From the NCBI GenBank assembly GCA_038087875.1, contig CM075989.1, positions 7,008,001 to 7,072,000 of the forward strand: a DNA stretch of 64,000 nt, given 5' to 3'. Under the pieces are notes generated by a model, which did no database searches, was not told where the DNA came from, and saw nothing but the letters and a program-made list of their open reading frames with translations. This DNA is from Malacoraja senta (Eukaryota). This document shows positions 61,095 through 64,000 of this stretch, one piece after another; the stretch's first letter is position 1; the number at the start of each line of letters is the position of its first letter. Position numbers and translations under genes: made by a program.

Positions 61095-61825
61095 TGCTCT
61101 TATGTAGAATTATTCTTCAAATCACAAAGCACTTTATACCAATGACATTTTTTTTCCCCGAAATGCAGTCACTATTGCAACAAGGCAACTTATTTGTCCA
61201 GAGCAATATTCACCATGACAAGATTATCTGGGGGGTTTTAGGAACTCATTAAGATTAGTCATGACCATAAATCTGTTACTCTTCCTCAAACGAATAGTAC
61301 TGAATAGTACTGAAGGGCCTGGATAGAGTGGATGTTTCCACTAGTGGGAGGAGAGTCTAGGACCAGAGGTCATAGTCTCAGAATTTGGACAGGAGATGAG
61401 GAGCAATTTCTTTAGTCAGAGGGTGGTGAATCTGTGGAATGCATTCCCACAGACGGCTGTGGAGGCCAAGTCAATGGATATTCTTAAGGCAGAGAATGAT
61501 AGATTCTTGATTAGTACGGGTGTCAGAAGTTATGGGGAGAAGGCAGGAGAATAGGGTTAGGAGGGAGAGATAGATCAGCCATGATTGAATGGCATAGTAG
61601 ACTTGATGGGCCGAATGGCCTCATTCTTCTCCTATCATTTATGAACATAAAAGAATGCCTTAGGCCCACCTGAGAGAGAGAGTTACCCTGGGCATCAATG
61701 TATCACCTCATCCAAAAGTTGATGGAGTTCTTCTGGAACTACATATTGGTATTAGCCAGGGCTTTTGCATTCAGGTCATTGGACTGGGACTAGCTTCTGA
61801 GCTGAAGTACATGCATCTACTAATA
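61095..61825 (-). mobile_element. Deu-domain SINE relic split by a plus-strand CR1 3' end (~61315-61650)
   Basis: Decayed motifs CACAAAGCACTTT..CAGTCACTATTG..GATTATCTG..CCACCTGAGAG..CTCATCCAAAAG, recalled as Deu/SacSINE1-like. Confidence 0.5.
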
Positions 61826-62239
61826 TCACTTTGCAATCTTTCCTCTCTGAATGGAGACATTCATTTACAACATACTGATCCATGCTATTGAAGGTCACGA
61901 GTATGCATGTTACATTAAAAGTTGAAGTGTTGAGCATGGTTCTGGGCAGCCTGTTACAGGAAGGGCTTTCAAACCAAGGGCAGGACAGAATGAAAGTTCA
62001 TGGGCAATTGTACCAGAGATAATCCATTGTTTTGAGGAAGACAGGCTTAACATGCGGGTTGTTTTGATGGTAGTTAGCGTTTTTTCTGATAACTGGTTCA
62101 AAGGTTCGGAAAGGTTTTAAAGAGCAAACATGCATCTCATATTTTCCAAATGGATATAGTGTAAGAGGATTTTGATGGGATTCTTCCCCATTATTTATAG
62201 AAGATAAACGATGAAATGATGTATGATATGAAGTAATTT

Positions 62240-62550
62240 TTGATTGAAAGATGCAGCGTGGAAAAAGGCCCTTCGACCCAACAAGTGTACGCCAACCCGT
62301 CGATCACCTGTTCGCACTAGTTCTATAGTATTCCATTTTGGGGGCAATCCACTAGGGGCAATTTACAGAGACTAATTTACAGAGGCCAAACCCGTACGTC
62401 TTTGGGATGAGGGAGGAAACCAGAGCACCTGGAGGAAATCCACGTGGTCACTTGAAGAACATGCAATCTCCACACAGACAGCATCTAAGGTCAGGATCTA
62501 ACCTGAGTCTCTGGCGCTGTGAGGCAGCAGCTCTACCAGCTGTGTCACCT
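62240..62550 (-). mobile_element. HE1-like SINE
   Basis: Reverse-complement copy. Confidence 0.85.
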
Positions 62551-63374
62551 TGCGACTCTATCTATTTGATAAGATAGATAGAAAATGATTTCTACTTGTG
62601 GAGGGTGATGTTTAGGATATGGGTTTAGTGTAGGAACTGAGGTAAAACAATCAGACATGATCTCATTGAACAGGCAGCAAGCAGGAAGGCCCAAGGAACC
62701 AACTCCCATGCCCATTAATTGTCTTATGTTTCCAGGAGAAGGGACATAACAGAATTAAAATGTGGTCAAACAGGATTAATTTCACAAAGAAGCACTTCTT
62801 CACACAGAGGAAGTTCAATCCAGGAACTCACTCCTCCCCCCCCCCCAAAAAAAAAATGGCAGTCATATCAGGGGGTAAGTCATGTCCATTGAATCAATTG
62901 AAAAGCAAAGATCTGCAGATGTTGGATATCTGAAATACAAAGCAAAAAGTGCAAGAATGCTCAGCAGATCCAACAGCATCCGTGGGGAGTGAACGAGGGA
63001 TAACGTTTCACTCTATCAGAATTATTTATCAAACTCGTCATCAAAGTTGTCCACTTCATACTTTCTTTTTATGATGAAAAGAATGAAGAGTATCGATCCA
63101 TGGAATGATTTGTAACATGGCTTCTGATGGAGAGACTGGAAGATCTATTATGATCAGTCTGGATAAGTCTTTCAAAAAGTAAATAGAAAAAGATGGTGAC
63201 AGTAGACAATTGATATCTGTACATTAGGCAGAGGAAAGACGTTCCTCTCTGTAGTATTAAAAGGGTTATCCCTTATCCTTAGGTGAAGGGTTTGAGTTCC
63301 AGATTTCCCCATCAAGAAAACACCCTCATGGTAACTATTCCGCTGGGTCACCTTAGAATCACGGAGATTCAAGC

Positions 63375-63935
63375 AGATTCTACAGGTGTGACGTAGAAAG
63401 CATTTTATCAGGATGCATCACAGCTTGGTTTGGGAACAGCTCCATCCAAGACCGCAAGAAATTGCATAGAATTGTGGACGCAGCCCAGACCATCACGCAA
63501 ACCAACCTCCTTTCCATTGACTCCATCTACAATTCACAAGGCCTCGGCATGGCCACCATCATAATCAGGGATGAGTCCTTTTCTCCCATCGGACAAGAGG
63601 TACAGAAGCATGAAAAAGTACATATCCAGATTTAGTTTAGAGATTCTGGGACAGTATCTTCCTAACTGTTATGAGGCAACTGAACGATCCTACCAACAAC
63701 TAGAGAGTGGTCCTGAGCTACTATCTACCTCAATGGAGACCCTTGGACTAACTTGAATCGGATTTTACGGGACTTTATCTTGGGCTAAATGTTATTGCCT
63801 TTATCATGTATCTGTACACAGTGGATGACTCGATTGTAATCATATACAGTCTTTCCATTGACTGGTTAGCATGCAACAAAAGCTTTTCACTGTACCTCTT
63901 TCACTGTACAGGTGACAATAACTAAACCAAACTTA
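63375..63935 (+). mobile_element. Rex1/Babar-like LINE 3' end
   Basis: VESILSGCITAWFGNSSIQDRKKL..PSDKRYRSMK and 3' UTR. Confidence 0.85.
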
Positions 63936-64000
63936 ACTTAGACACTCCAGATGCTGGAATCTAAGGAGGTTAGGCACGATTTCATCCTGAAACATCATCT

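Overview
Repeat-saturated, apparently non-coding vertebrate DNA (intergenic or deep intronic) with a 200-N assembly gap at 7993-8192. The repeat set points to a cartilaginous fish, probably a skate or ray (inference): HE1-like tRNA/V-domain SINEs, CR1/HER1-like LINE 3' ends, Penelope-like elements (PLEs), Rex1/Babar, L2 and RTE fragments, Deu-domain SINE relics and PIF/Harbinger MITEs. No host protein-coding gene can be supported; every ORF I can recognise is transposon-derived. Main observations: (1) many 100-140 bp PLE-derived non-coding insertions with their own 10-16 bp TSDs carry a minimal type I hammerhead ribozyme motif, best at 39375-39410 and 13945-13978, and several are fold-back; (2) two local templated insertions with junctional microhomology, one an exact 42-bp inverted copy from 3 kb away; (3) a young CORE-type SINE resembling teleost SINEs, a horizontal-transfer candidate; (4) three MITE families sharing one TIR, one carrying a CCAAT/GC-box/CRE cluster; (5) fossil RTE, CR1 and possibly Gypsy elements split by nested insertions, plus a few repeat-free islands. 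Family names come from my recognition of motifs, not database searches, and the ends of degraded repeats are approximate.
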